Source: Antedon mediterranea (taxonomy: Eukaryota; Animalia; Echinodermata). From it: a DNA stretch of 64,000 nucleotides. A program made the translations under genes and the position numbers. The stretch is taken from assembly GCF_964355755.1 (NCBI RefSeq), contig NC_092679.1, positions 24,473,432-24,537,431 of the forward strand, written 5' to 3'. The notes under the pieces were generated by a model. That model was not told the DNA's origin. It searched no databases and was given only the letters and a program-made list of their open reading frames with translations. The number at the start of each line of letters is the position of its first letter. The first letter of the stretch is position 1. Shown piece after piece: positions 51,018 to 64,000 of the stretch.

Positions 51018-52140
51018 AATAAAATAATGAATATTGTTTTTCTTTTATTTTGAAAGAGAGATATTTTGAGGGTTGTAAATGTCAGACCTAAACAAGTGGA
51101 CCTACCGTCACACACATTTTGAAAAATAGAGCTGCTAGGTCCTCATAAATTTTGCACGGATAGAATAAAATAATCTTACTAGCTATACCTGAGTTATTAA
51201 TAGCCATTTCAATTAGCTTGAATTGTTGTCGCCTTTATAGTCCTACTGCAAAGACCTGAACAGAGAGATGTCATTTATTTATTTATTCAATTTTATGCCA
51301 TATACAATACACAGAAAAAGACAAACGAAATATAAAGGGCAAGGAAAGACCAACATTGATTGATTGATTTATTATCATGTTGTTTTAGTTTAACAATCAG
51401 TATAGAGTACCGTACATTTTGTGTAAGTAACGCAAAATAATAGTCTGAAATGCTTTATTCAATAAAGCCTGGACTATATCGAGTACTACATAACTGTTTT
51501 GTTGAGAGTGTATATGATTGGATTCAGTTGTCCTTCTGTAGTTGATTTAGCTTATCAATCACTTGATTAAATCCGCAATATCAAACAATAAACTTTTATT
51601 TCAGAACAAATTAAGTTCATGGCCTATTGATAAAAGAAAATCCATAATGATAAGTGACGTTGAGCTAAAGTAACAATCATTGTTTATCAAACAGACTATA
51701 GACTGTCTAGCTCATAGACTCTCTTCTCCCAGATGTGTTTTGGGGGTTGGGCATGCCCAGTATCCAAATACCCATTTTTTTCAGCCGAACTGATACAGTT
51801 TCCAATGCTTCGTCCTTTTGAATATAACTGCCCATGGAGTAAAGAATCCAAATGCGCGGAACGAAAACATTATGCAAGATTACAACCATGGAGTAGAGAA
51901 TAACTCCATGTTAGGCCTACAACGCAAGTCGTAAAATAAATGTCTTTGCTCCGCCAAATTATCGTTTATGTACATAAATTGCAATGCCAAACACACCTTC
52001 TAAAAATAGAATATATTGTACTGGCATGTTATTTAAATAACATTAACTGAAGGTCAAAGCCGCGATAAGTATAATTTATGGCGCGCCAAGTAATTGCCAT
52101 TTATTCGGAAATAAAGACATCTTAGTTTAAGATATCTATA

Positions 52141-53810
52141 ATAATAATAAATAATATATTTATACAGGATAAAACAATCAGATAACAGTGTATCTGTTTT
52201 ACATTGTGGTCCTGCCTTAATCAAAATATACAAAAGAGAAACTTAATTAAATATAATACATGTCAGTTTTTTATGAAAAGAAATGAGATTTGTATCTAGC
52301 CTTAAAGGACGTAATTCTTGGTGCCGATTTAATATTAATTGGTAAATTGTTCCATATTTTTGCGCCTGCAACTTTAAAGGACGAATTCATTTTACTAAGG
52401 GTGTATTTAGGTATTGAAGACATAATCAATATTAAAATCGCCGAGTAGTACAATTTCAGTGTTTTCCATACTAACTTTTTCAAGTAAATCAATAATTAAG
52501 TTAAAATATTCATAATTTGCATTTGGAGGGCGGTATAAACAGCATATTAAAATATTTTGACTTTTTGTCCTAATAGCTCCAGCCATACAGCCTCCAGATC
52601 ATTTACATATAAATCAGATCTTTCTTTATAAGATATGGTATTCTTAATATAGATGCTAACACCACCACCTTTTTTCCCAGAACGATCTTTACGGATCATA
52701 TTGTATCCATCTATATCTACAAACCCATCACTGATGCCCTCATGTAGCCATGTTTCAGATACACATAAAACATCAATTTTTGCTTTTAGTGCTATTATAC
52801 AAAACTCATCAATCTTATTTATAATACTTCTGGCATTAAGATGAGCTAATTTTAAACCCTTACAATTTGATAATTTATCAATCAGATTTTTAAGCCCAGT
52901 AACTGTTTCTACAGAACTTCGATATGTGTCCGGATTGGCCGCAATTGTAGCATCTTCTATTGTTTCCTTGTCTGTATCCTTGTCTGTATCCTCTTCCGTT
53001 TCCTCTCCCGTTTCCTCTTTCGTTTCCTCTTCCGATTCCATTTTGCCTACGAAAGAATGTATCGCATTCTGTCCAGTTCTCAAGTTGGAGATTGCTCAAG
53101 AGTCGTTTTACTCCAGTTTCAGACAAGTGAAGTCCATCCGAAGATAAAAGAGTGCTCTCGAAAGTGTTGTCTCTATATTTGAAATTGTCGTCATTATTAA
53201 CGAAGATTACGTTACTATCTTCCGTTACCGTCTTCATTATGTTATTAAATGTTTCAAGCTTCATAGGGTCATGATTTATGTCCAAACGTGGTGGTATACT
53301 GGCTATCTTCACTTTATTTGCCTTTTCCTTGGCAACTTTTATGACATCGGTAAGGAGCTCAGTTATTTCATCGATGGACTTGTCCGATGCTATGTCGTTC
53401 GTTCCACACACTATATTTATTTCTTCGACTGCTTCTTTGGTTGTTAGGCACTCTTTTATTTTTTGTAGATCAGCTCCACTTATGGATTTAACTTCCATAA
53501 AATCACTTGTAGTGACGATATTCTTAATAAGAGAATCGCCAATTAATAGTTTACCGACATTTTGTCTCTGTTCTTCAGCATTCAGACCATTTTCAGTATT
53601 TTCATGTTTTAAGTCTTTCACTATTTGGGTTAAGTGGTCAATCTTTTTTTCTAACTCAATTATTTTTTGCACTTGGTTTTCATTTACTTTAGCCATAGAT
53701 TCAACGATCTCCAAAATTCGTGTGACTTCAGTTGGCATAGATCTACAGTTATAACATGGCCATACTCCTGTTACTTCATCATCGCTTAATTTTAAACATT
53801 TTGTATGATC
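52141..53810 (-). mobile_element. CR1/L2-group LINE, 5'-truncated and internally deleted (no RT)
   Basis: ORF1 (~53808-52890): partial PHD (HTKC...WPCYNC), coiled coil, SGNH esterase (IGDS, GTND, DGLH), RG-rich stretch and CCHC knuckle CYNCGQSGHISKFC. ORF2: AP endonuclease N-terminus (HLNARS, SETWL, DR..GGGV), then a jump to the C-terminal SF..GAKIWNNLP. (ATT)n tail at ~52141-52160. Confidence 0.9.
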
Positions 53811-56387
53811 TATTTGAAAGTAAAACTAAGATCTCTATTTAAAGCTAAGATATCTCTATTACCTATTAAAAACTAAGATAGCTCTATTGCTTGAATAAAT
53901 GACACCTTGGCGCGCGATAGCAGATCAGGCATTCCATCCATCCATCCATCGAGTTGTATTTTACAACCCTAATCCATCTACTGTATGTACAATGTGCCGT
54001 TTCGATGACGATGTTTTCCTGCTTTCTTCCTTTCCTTGGAAGATCCAAACACATTTTTATCTTTTTCATCTTTGGTCAAATAATACACCAATAGAATTTT
54101 TCACAAAAATGAGTACTTACTGTAATAGTTTACCAGCGATTTAAATTGTTTGCAATTACTTCGTATAGGAATTTACCTGCGGGCTAAGCTGCCGATGGAT
54201 GGATTTATTTCAGGGATTCGCTTTAAGCAGTACCTTAAATTTGAACACGTCTAAAATTGCTTTTGTGTTGTAGGGGCTGAGGTCAACCCAAAAAAAAACC
54301 TTTGCAGTTAAATATCATACACCGTTTAATACCGTAGAAAATAGCAAGTTGTTGTCCTCATGATTGATACTCATAAGGCATTATGAATTAAAGGATGATT
54401 GTTTAAAATTTAGTCTATTCAGCTATTTCTTTTTAAATCTGCTTGTGAAATTTCCACAAAAAAAATTTTTAAATTAGGGCAAAACTAAAAATGCTAAATT
54501 TTGCCAAATCATGTCAACATTTGATTTGCGTTAGTCTGTCTTCTACTGGCTAAACCCCAATGTAACAGTTAACCGAGTGCGTTTTTCTGTTCCACGTTTA
54601 AATGAAAAACAAATCCAAGCTTAGTATGAGATCAGTTTTCTTTAATTTAATGGAAGGTCAGATCTTCATCATAAAATAATTTAGGTTCATGCATTTCTAC
54701 CTGCAAATTAATAAATAAAAAAAACATGTAGGGTTAAAAGTCAGAATGTATGTACAAGACAAAATAATGAGATCACTAGAACATGTACAATATTGTTCTG
54801 ACAAACCCAAGTTAATATTGGCCGTGCAGTTCTATGAAACCTATTAACGACCACAGCTGGTCCTAGCGTTGCACAAAGATGCGACTAGGATAGCTACGAT
54901 CAGGTTCCATTTCCAACTAACACAGTCCCGAAGGCTAACCAAACACTCAAAGAACACGTTCGCCTTTTTTTGTTTCACAAACCCTCTCAGCTCGCACCCC
55001 CAGAAAGGCGTAAAACTGGTGGATAGGTTTGAACCACACGAAACTGAGGTCTCCTTAACCGATAAAGGCTCGGAGATGGGTTAGGGTGAAAGCAAGGTAG
55101 AGCATCCTTCACCTTACTTGACTTGTTCTCACGTGTGGTAACTACCTAACGAACAAGACTATTTATAAACATACCTCGCCTCATGGATATTCATGATATT
55201 GTAATGAGCTCATATATGGAACGCTACTGTCTTCTTATGTGTCACTGCTGACGCTTTTTTTTTTTATTGTTGACCTGATCCTCTCTGTGCGTACTTAATT
55301 TTATCCCGTTATTTTCGGACAGTTCTTTTAAATATGTAAATTATGGGTATATATAAGTACTATATTACTGTTTTTGTTCATAAGAATAGTTCATTATTTC
55401 GTTTCAGTTGTGCACATGTATCCGACATGTATTTTAACTCTTTTCTGTGAGATGGAACACCTTTATGTAAATTATCTAACAAAATGAATGCACGGCCTGG
55501 CATTGGTAAAGACGGTTAGTAATCGAATGCTACGGTGTAGAGTCAAAATAAATACAATGAAATCTTCACCAAATGAAATCTACATACAATATACAGTAGT
55601 TGTTTGTATAGCAATCAGCTGTTTATCTACTTTAGTTCATTACAAGTTCATTCAACCATGGAGATAACTTATTTCTCCATAACAAATCTTGGAATCGTCA
55701 TTTATATTTAAATATTGTTTATTATTATTTTATTATTTATGTTCTTTTTAATACTGTATATCATTTAATTATAAGTTATGATCTTTATTTGTTATTCAGT
55801 TAAAGTGGTATCATTTTTATCATTATTTCGATTTTCCTAATTTTAATATTTAATCTTATTTTAGTGTTTTATTAACCATTTTACCTCAAATTATAATCCT
55901 GATTTAATTGTGTTTTGAAAGTTTAGTAAATATAAATTTAAAGTCTCCATGCAGCAGTTAAGTGTCGTTTATGATGATACAAAATACAGATATAAATAAA
56001 AAGCCTAAAATGAACAGAAATTTACATTTGCAAAATTAACAAATTACATTATAAAGTTAAACAAGAAATACATGAATCAAGGCATTTTAAAATCAACTGA
56101 TACAGTAAAAAAAACAAAACAAAAAACAACAACAATATAAATTTACACTATGCTAGTCGTACTCTGCAATACAGAACGGAAATCTGGTACAATCTCTAGA
56201 TATTGATAATTTCGGATCGCTTTTTCCATGCTCAATATGCCACTAAGAAGTATACGTACCTACCAGTACTTTTTGCAATGCGTCAGCAACATGCAGTCAT
56301 CTGACCACATGACGTAATCTCTATATACCAAAACACCACCATCCATTTTCTCTCTCATCACATACACATCAATAAAATACACACAAA

Positions 56388-58130
56388 ATGGCTAATGAAA
56401 GCTCGAAAAGCACCTGTGGTCGTTTCTTTGCGTTCTTTACAATAACCTTTGCTTTTTTAACATCTTTCAGTAAGTATTGATGTTATTGATAAGCCTGTCA
56501 GGTGTCAGTCACTTGATATTATAACCAAAATAAACCTAGGCTAGGCCTCTAGTACTAGAGGGCCTACCTATAGGCCTAGCTAGTCTATATATAGGCCGCC
56601 GGTAAACACATCCATGGATGATCGGGCCCATTATAGAGACGACCGGGCCCATTTCTTTATGCACCTCATCCAAGACAAGTGTATCGTTTGTAAATCCATT
56701 CCATTATTATAGTTGTTTATAACTGAGTTCTTGGCATACACCTTTCAATGCATGGATGGTTGGTGAAGTTAACATGTCTTTTTTTTCTGTAGGTCTTCTG
56801 GCAATTGGTATTTCCCAGTTTATAAAAGGACCGGGCAATCTGATTATTAACATATATGTTACGTAAGTTTTTTGAGAAAGATGGTATAATATTCTATATG
56901 AAAATCATTTCATTTATTTTCTTCTAACATTGCATTACATTATTTTTATTATAATTATAGTGACTTAAATGCTGTCCTGATGCTAACTTTTATTTGACAA
57001 ACTCCGAACTTTAAGCTCTGTCTACACTATCAAACTATTTTGACAAAAATGTTCCCAAATATGGTATATTGGCATGTCACATTTTTTTAAAATTTGATAG
57101 TGTAGACAGTGCTTTAGCAAAAACAATTTTGATGGAATTTGTCACTTTGTTGGATATTATGGTCAGTGTCGTCATAATTTGATACTAAGGTCTTTCAATG
57201 TGTACCTCATCAATGATTAATATTGATATAATATCCTATATTAAATTTCTGGGTTTTTAGTAACATTTAACATCAGTAATTAAGCCTTTACATTTAATGT
57301 TACTATTTTTTTTTTAGTGCAATAGGAGTATTGATACTCTTTATGGAGTTTGTGTCTGTCACGACCAGTTGTATGAAGTAAGTATTCATCAACCTTTAGA
57401 TATTTCTAAGACTAAGATGCGGCGACAGATAAACTAGTGATGAGTGAAGTGGGAAGCAGAGCTGATGTCCCCGGCCAGTTATTAGAGTTTTAAGATTTTT
57501 GTAAAGAAGACTAAAATGAAATTAGAATATTATTTTTTAAATAAATTTATTTAATAAAATTTAATGTATCTTTTTTTAAAAAAGTAAAAATTTGAGGGAA
57601 TGACAACTATATACAGTAGTAACATACACTGTACAAAGGTTGTACTTTAGTGATTTTATTATCATTATTATGTTAAATACAAAATCTTTGTTATTTGTAA
57701 GAATTGTATATTTCATGTCCTAAAGGAACACTGAGGAGTCAGGGTGTTGTATGAAGACTATCAGATGGGCTGACAATTGGAAGAGAGGAATATTTTATAT
57801 CCTGCTCTCCATATTTTGTTTTATGAAGCTTTTCAGTGTACTCTACGTTACAAGTGGTATGTATGGAATAAATCAAAAACACTAGATGACAGATTTTAGA
57901 TTATCTCGATAAATGTAGGAGTTTTCAAATATTTTAACTGAACTCCCATGACCTTGATTGCGATACGAAAGCTCCATGGATCTAAACATACCCTAAATTG
58001 TATTGTTTGTTTTTTTTATGTAGGGTGCCTAACTGCTGCTTCTGGAGTGTTTTACTGCATGAAAACATGCCGTGATACCCCTAAGGACAAGAAAGAAGAC
58101 AAGAAGCAACTTACCACCAACATGGCCTAA
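56388..58130 (+). CDS. 149-aa four-transmembrane protein, TMEM72/Flower(CACFD1)/COPI-associated-like
   Basis: Exons 56388-56469, 56793-56862, 57318-57377, 57726-57856 and 58024-58130 join in frame (450 nt). Four hydrophobic segments, motif WADNWKRGIFYILLSIFCF, Lys-rich tail. The family call is from remembered motif similarity only. Confidence 0.8.
57014..57113. mobile_element. PIF/Harbinger (Tourist-like) MITE
   Basis: TIR agctctgtctacactatcaaa / tttgatagtgtagacagtgct with TTA TSD; a related inverted copy is at ~62940-63062. Confidence 0.75.
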
Positions 58131-59172
58131 GAATTGAACCAGTAAATCTATTAAAGGACAAATAAATATACTCACACTTTTTTTTACTTTCTGCACGGCG
58201 TGAGGTGGGAAGTAATTAAGACTTATATTATGAAGTGTGAAATTATCTAATATTAAAATATAAATACATTTTTTTAGTTTTGTAAAACAATACAATGTTG
58301 AGTGTTTAAACTATAAAACGTCGCTATCAGAAGATTGTATTCGCATGTTGCAATAGCTCAAGGTACATGTAGGTGGTAGCCTAGGTAGTCCTAGACCCTT
58401 TTAGGCCAACACTGTTACACACATTACAGACAGTAATTGTATATGCACTGTAACATTTAAACTGAAAGGAATTAAAAAATCGGCAATTTTTTTAAACCAT
58501 CAATTTAAGTATTATATCCTGAAGATGAACTTATTGATTGTGCGGCCGAATTTCGAACATTAAAAGAGTCGTAAACAATTTCTCAATCAAGGTGTTCCTT
58601 GCAACACACGAATATGACTTATTACTGTTGTATGCATTATTGAAATGCAACAGCAGGTCTAATGTTTAGTTTACTCTAATAATTTGCATATTAGTTTTTG
58701 TTTGTTTATGGTAGCTTGCTCAGTTTGTGTTTCACTGTGGGTGCTACACTTATTTATAATAAATAAATATTATATATACTATACTTTAAAAATCAGTGTG
58801 CTTGAGCATCATGTATATAAAATATTGACTGCTGACATTGCATACCATCATTTTTAATGTCATTGTTAAAATGAAATACTGCCATGGGACTGGATTATTT
58901 TTCCCCATGAGTACCTTTCAAACTAATATGATGAAGGAAGGATGAATCTGAAATTATATTTTGTAAACAAAATTAGCTGTCATTCTATAAAAAAACTATT
59001 CCATATTTAAATTAGGTAGTATGTATGTAGGTGACAATTCCAGACCCAATTCCTTGTTGTCAAATCAATTCTATGATCATGCGGTTTTTACTAGATCTTG
59101 AAATGTACAGTACATGCATGACAAATATTCCTCGTAAAAATGTTGTATTTAAGCTATTAATTTAACTACTAA

Positions 59173-59434
59173 TACCCAATTCACACATTATAAAATGTGA
59201 CAAATCGTTATCTTGGCATGAAAGAACATGTAAAATAAAAAGTTGTTAACATTACATCATGTACAGAACACTGCTACAGCAGTATCTATACATGAACACA
59301 TCTTTTTAAATTCTAATGAGGTTTTTTACACATAGTTTACATTACACCATGATGAACTAGTGTGTGAATGCTTGATTATCTAAGGAGATAGCCATGTAAC
59401 AATTTGTTTACATGTTCTAAGTGTGAAATGGGTA
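59173..59434. mobile_element. PIF/Harbinger-like MITE
   Basis: TIR tacccaattcacac / gtgtgaaatgggta with TAA on both sides. Confidence 0.6.
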
Positions 59435-59968
59435 TAATGACTAATAGTATGTAAGTGTATGAAAAGGGAGTTTTGTATTTAAAAATAAATTAATACCAAT
59501 GTTGGTGGATATTTTATTAAGTTATGTGTATTTAGGTAAATTATTTAAAATAAATTATGGGAAACTAGCTGATTGTTCTGTCTCAAGTCATTGTTGAAAG
59601 AAAAGTCAAATGGTCGTGTCATGTTCTTCATTTAATAAATGCCTAGACATTACTCAAACGTTTCTGCCAAATTTCAAATAAAGATTATTTACATAACTAA
59701 ACAAAACAAAAATATATGCACTGATATAAATGCTGTAAAGAATGCTTTCATCATTCTAAAAAATAAAAATTAACCAGATAAACAATCCAATACAACCAAT
59801 AATTTATTACAACATAAAGATTTGCTCAATTTATTGATACCAACCCAGAACTTTATACACATATTTTAACTTGTAAATTCATGAAAAATAACAACACATA
59901 GAACTAATACTGTACTATTGTTGTAATGGTAACAATATTATTAGAATAAAATCAAAATGATACACAAG

Positions 59969-60066
59969 TTTAATGTAAACTCAGATTGGGATATACATTA
60001 TTTAATGTAAACTCAGATTGGGATATACATTATTTAATGTAAACTCAGATTGGGATATACATTATT
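59969..60066. repeat. 32-bp x3 tandem repeat
   Basis: tttaatgtaaactcagattgggatatacatta repeated three times. Confidence 0.9.
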
Positions 60067-62329
60067 TTAAATCATGCATCTTCTTTTTTATTATTATTTG
60101 GTCCGAATGTTGTAGAAACATTCTACAGTTTATTATTAATATCAATTTAGTAGTAGTAAAGATCTCCACCATTTACTGATAATGAATTAAGTAAAATACT
60201 ATGTAGTGCAAACTTTACCATACATGCTTTTAACATGCCATTTCTCTAAAAATTATATACAATTATATGAATGTTTCTTATATATACAAATATATACATG
60301 ATGTAAAGTAGATTTTTCCTATATAAAATGTGTCATTTCTGCTATATCCATTTTGCCATTGTTTAACAGTTTTAGATTTTACTGTATGTTGTGGCAAGTG
60401 TTTAAGAAAAGAGTTGTAAAACATTTTTTTTTGTTTTTAACAAACTTCATCCATCCTCTCAATTAGGTTGGCAGTTTCAAATATAGACAATTTATCTTGT
60501 TATAATAATTTCTTGTTTTTCTCAATTATACATTTCTATCAGAAATGTATCGTGAAAGATCTGTATTATCCATTGCACACTGTCATATACTTTTTCCAAG
60601 TTATTCTTTAAAAAATAAAAACTTACAAAAATACATCTCTTTCTTCCAAGGTATTTTCACCATTTTAAAGTATTTTCTAAACATCTTTCCAGAAGATGAG
60701 TCACACAGCCTAAGTGGGACTAAGTCAAGTGTTAGGCTGTACCACCACTTGCCTTATACAGGAGTATTTAATTAATTAATTAATGTTCTATTATCAATTC
60801 ATCTTTTTCAACCAAAAAAAGTTTTAAATCATTTCTCTAATTTATTTAGATTAAGACCTTATCGTTGAAGAAAAAAAAATATTATTGAAAAATATAACTA
60901 TTTTTATCTATTTAATGCACCAAGTACATCGACACCATGAAACTAACTAAAATAATGTGAACATTGTGATGGAAGAACAGAGACATTATAACAATTCCTA
61001 CATCAATTATTTGATCTTCCAATCATGCAAATAATCTGACATCTGTGTATAATATACTGCAAGTGATATAATATTGACTTACAACATATGATAACCAAAG
61101 ATACCATATGTCTTTCAAGTTACTATACACTTACTATCTCAGCTTGACTAGGTCAAGAACTAGCCATACAATGGCCACATATAACTAAGAACAAACATTT
61201 TCAAAAGATTCAATATTTGATTTATAATCAAGATATATTCTAAACAGAAAAATAAAATCATCTACAGCACCGGATATAAGTATGCCAATTGCACATCTAG
61301 TGTATCAATTAATTAATCTAAATACATAGCAATCTACCAAGCATGGTTTTCACGTTCAACATTACTACACCTATCAAGTTTTCAACTTTTAATGGATGGT
61401 TCCACTCTGCTAAAGTGTTTTATACAATAGTAGAGCCCTTTGAGTAACAGTAGACACCTCAATTGGGGTTGGTTCTAGGAGTACAAATTCACGAGACAGT
61501 GTCCCCTTAAATAGGGGTGTCCCTTAAATAATGTTTCCCTTGAATAAGCTAGTCCTTTGAATAGAAGTGTCTCATAGTAAATTATTACGATGCATATTTA
61601 CCTCGGGTTCTACAAAAAAAGTAACTAAACAAAAAATATTTATTTGTCAGGCATTGTGATGTGAAGTTTACTCACTAACAAACCTCCTGCTGCCCACTAA
61701 CAATCTAACACCACAATTTAATGAACAGTTGCAATAAAATCCTGTATTAAAAACATTCTATAAATATAGTGGAGTAAAATAAAACCTTTGTTTTACCTAG
61801 TATCTTGAGGGAATCAGTTGGATATGATCAAAAGGTTTTGAAATGTGTATTCATTCAATGCTCAGCTTTAGTCTTATTTATGTCATTGATTTTTTTAATT
61901 TTAAAACTTGGTATCAAATGTGTTTTAATTAATATAATTACTGTAATACACAATTGTTCTTGTATATATCGTCCGTAATTCATGATTGCACTGAAAAAGA
62001 GACACGTTATCAATTGACCTAAAATCTTGATTTCATAAACTATTTAATGTCATAAAAATTAGCATAATGGCATTTATAAGAATGTTTTACAAAATAATAG
62101 GATGCTTAAAAGTGCCATAAGATTGTTTGCTTATGGGTTACACACTCACCCTACAAATTAGAATTTGTCAAATTACAAATAATCTACAAAAAACTTTATT
62201 TAAAAAGAAAATTTTTTCAAGTTCTGAAGAATTACATGACTGATAGTATTCTAAACACGCCATTGCAAATGTAATCATTTTAATAGTTGTTTTAATAATC
62301 CTACAAAAAAATATACAAAATGTACAATG

Positions 62330-63796
62330 TTACATGTTGTAATCCTCGTCACTTGCGGTTTCACTCATACTCTCTGTTTCGCTAACACTTCCACCGTCTT
62401 CCATCTCATCTCCATCCTCCTCATCATCCTCTTCCTCATCATCATCATCAACTTCATCATTGTCTTCATCACCAATTTCATTGTCATCCTCATCACTGCC
62501 ACTGGCATCATCATCATCATCTCGATCATCATCATCTCGATCATTGTCATTCCTATCATTATCATCATCTTCACTCTGGCTTTCGCATTCTTCTTCACTG
62601 ATACTTGTTATTACAGGAGGAGGAGGGGGAGGAGCTATATACACTGGTGGTGGAGCTGCAACTATGACTTGTTTGTTCTGTTTGTTCTGCTGAGCATTCT
62701 GTTTTACTTTGGTTGAGTGACTCTTCATGTGTGCACTTCGACTCTTTACCTTATAAAACACTCTGCAAAAAAAGTATTGAAAATACAAAATAATGAACAT
62801 CTTCTTAAACTATAAACAATAGTATATTTAAAAAAAATTATGAATAAAGGTTTAAGTTTGATAGCAGAACATGAAACACTATTTAATAATTACCACTAGT
62901 GAAGATTTCAACTTTTAAAAAAAGTAGGCTAAAAAGTCAACACTATCAAACTTTGTGTGACAAAAAAATGTAATGTGCTCATATATGGACATGATGATGT
63001 CATATCACTACCATATTTAGGCATATCACACTTTTTTTTGTCAAACTAGTTTGACAGAGCTTAACTTTGTTACTCACTTGCCACAAATCTTGCATGGAAA
63101 TTCTTCTTGTACAGGAGGTTGTACTACCACTGGTTGTGGTGCAGGGCGAAGGGTCTCTTCACTGCTATCACTAGAGGTCGTTGACATTGGTGAAGGACTC
63201 CTCCTGGAAGCTCTTGTACTAGTTCGGTTATTAGATCCGCCATGTACTCGAATATGTCCATTCAGGGCCTGTTTAGACTTGAATGACTGAAGGTTAATAG
63301 AGAGATCATTGCTTTATAACCAAAACAAATCACAATGTGTTGACACTGGACACAAATTCACGACTGTGTTAAATGGCTTAGCTACACTCTATATTTGATC
63401 TCACATTGCTCCTGTTTTTGTTGTCAAGATAGTGCCGTTAATTTATTTACATACTATTTAACCACCATGTGACCTCCATCCACCCATATACTGTATACAC
63501 TGTATAATTATGTTAAGTTAACTGTTTAACTTCAGTTGTAGTGGAAAATAAACGAAAACAGAATTTTCCCTTGAAGCAGAAATATGCCCTGGATAGAATA
63601 ATAGAATACTCACCGCTGTGCATCCAGCATAGGTACAGTTGAACAGGCCATTTGTATCCGCCTTGCTATCCTGATTATTGGAAGAGTGTGGAACATGATT
63701 ATTGGACCTATCATTGCCCCCTCCTCTATAATACTTATTGGGTCTATACTCTTTGAAAGGGACGTAATCAATGAAAATTTCACCCGGCATCAGATC
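62330..63796 (-). CDS. 3' exons of a MIDEAS(ELMSAN1)/TRERF1/ZNF541-family C2H2 zinc-finger corepressor
   Basis: Exons 63614-63796, 63078-63286 and 62330-62762 encode FNCTYAGCTASFKSKQALNGHIRVH and [23 protein letters not shown], then a Pro-rich stretch and a long Asp/Glu tail. The gene continues beyond the window. Confidence 0.85.
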
Positions 63797-64000
63797 CTGT
63801 GGAAAGGTTGGAGAGAAAAAAGGGACAAGACTGTAGGTTAGTAGAATGCTCACAAACAGAAGCAGACGAATAGTAAGTCTAAATGACACAGTGCAACGGC
63901 ATGAAGCAAGTACACCGCAAACAGACATATACAAACTATATTGCGTCTATATATTTACGTATAATTATATTCAAAAATAAAAAATTCACTCTTTCATCTC

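Noticed and set aside
58518-58565. Possible third hammerhead (ctgaaga...ttcgaac)
   Set aside because: GAAA is replaced by GAAC, stem II is weak and there is no stem I.
62327-62716. Hydrophobic + strand ORF
   Set aside because: Antisense shadow of the (GAT)-rich acidic tail of the zinc-finger gene.

Overview
AT-rich, intron-rich animal genomic DNA; the gene content suggests an invertebrate deuterostome such as an echinoderm (inference). All exons were read by hand from GT-AG sites. Five genes: (1) a 5'-partial astacin metalloprotease on + (astacin-EGF-CUB-5xTSP1-CUB-TSP1-CUB, 577-13945); (2) a convergent secreted mosaic serine protease on - (signal peptide, 8 discoidin/FA58C domains, 2 Sushi/CCP, trypsin domain, 17670-31239), which carries three frameshifts and a perfect 9x63-bp amplification of the catalytic-Asp segment; (3) DDHD1-type phospholipase A1 on - (33925-44397); (4) a 149-aa four-TM TMEM72/Flower-like gene on + (56388-58130); (5) the 3' end of a MIDEAS/TRERF1-like zinc-finger gene on - (62330-63796). 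Introns and intergenic DNA contain two Penelope-type inverted repeats with hammerhead ribozyme cores, hAT, Kolobok-like and Harbinger MITEs, a 4-kb Academ-like TIR element filled with a 30-bp minisatellite, an internally deleted CR1/L2 LINE, tRNA-derived SINEs and an alternating-orientation palindromic satellite.
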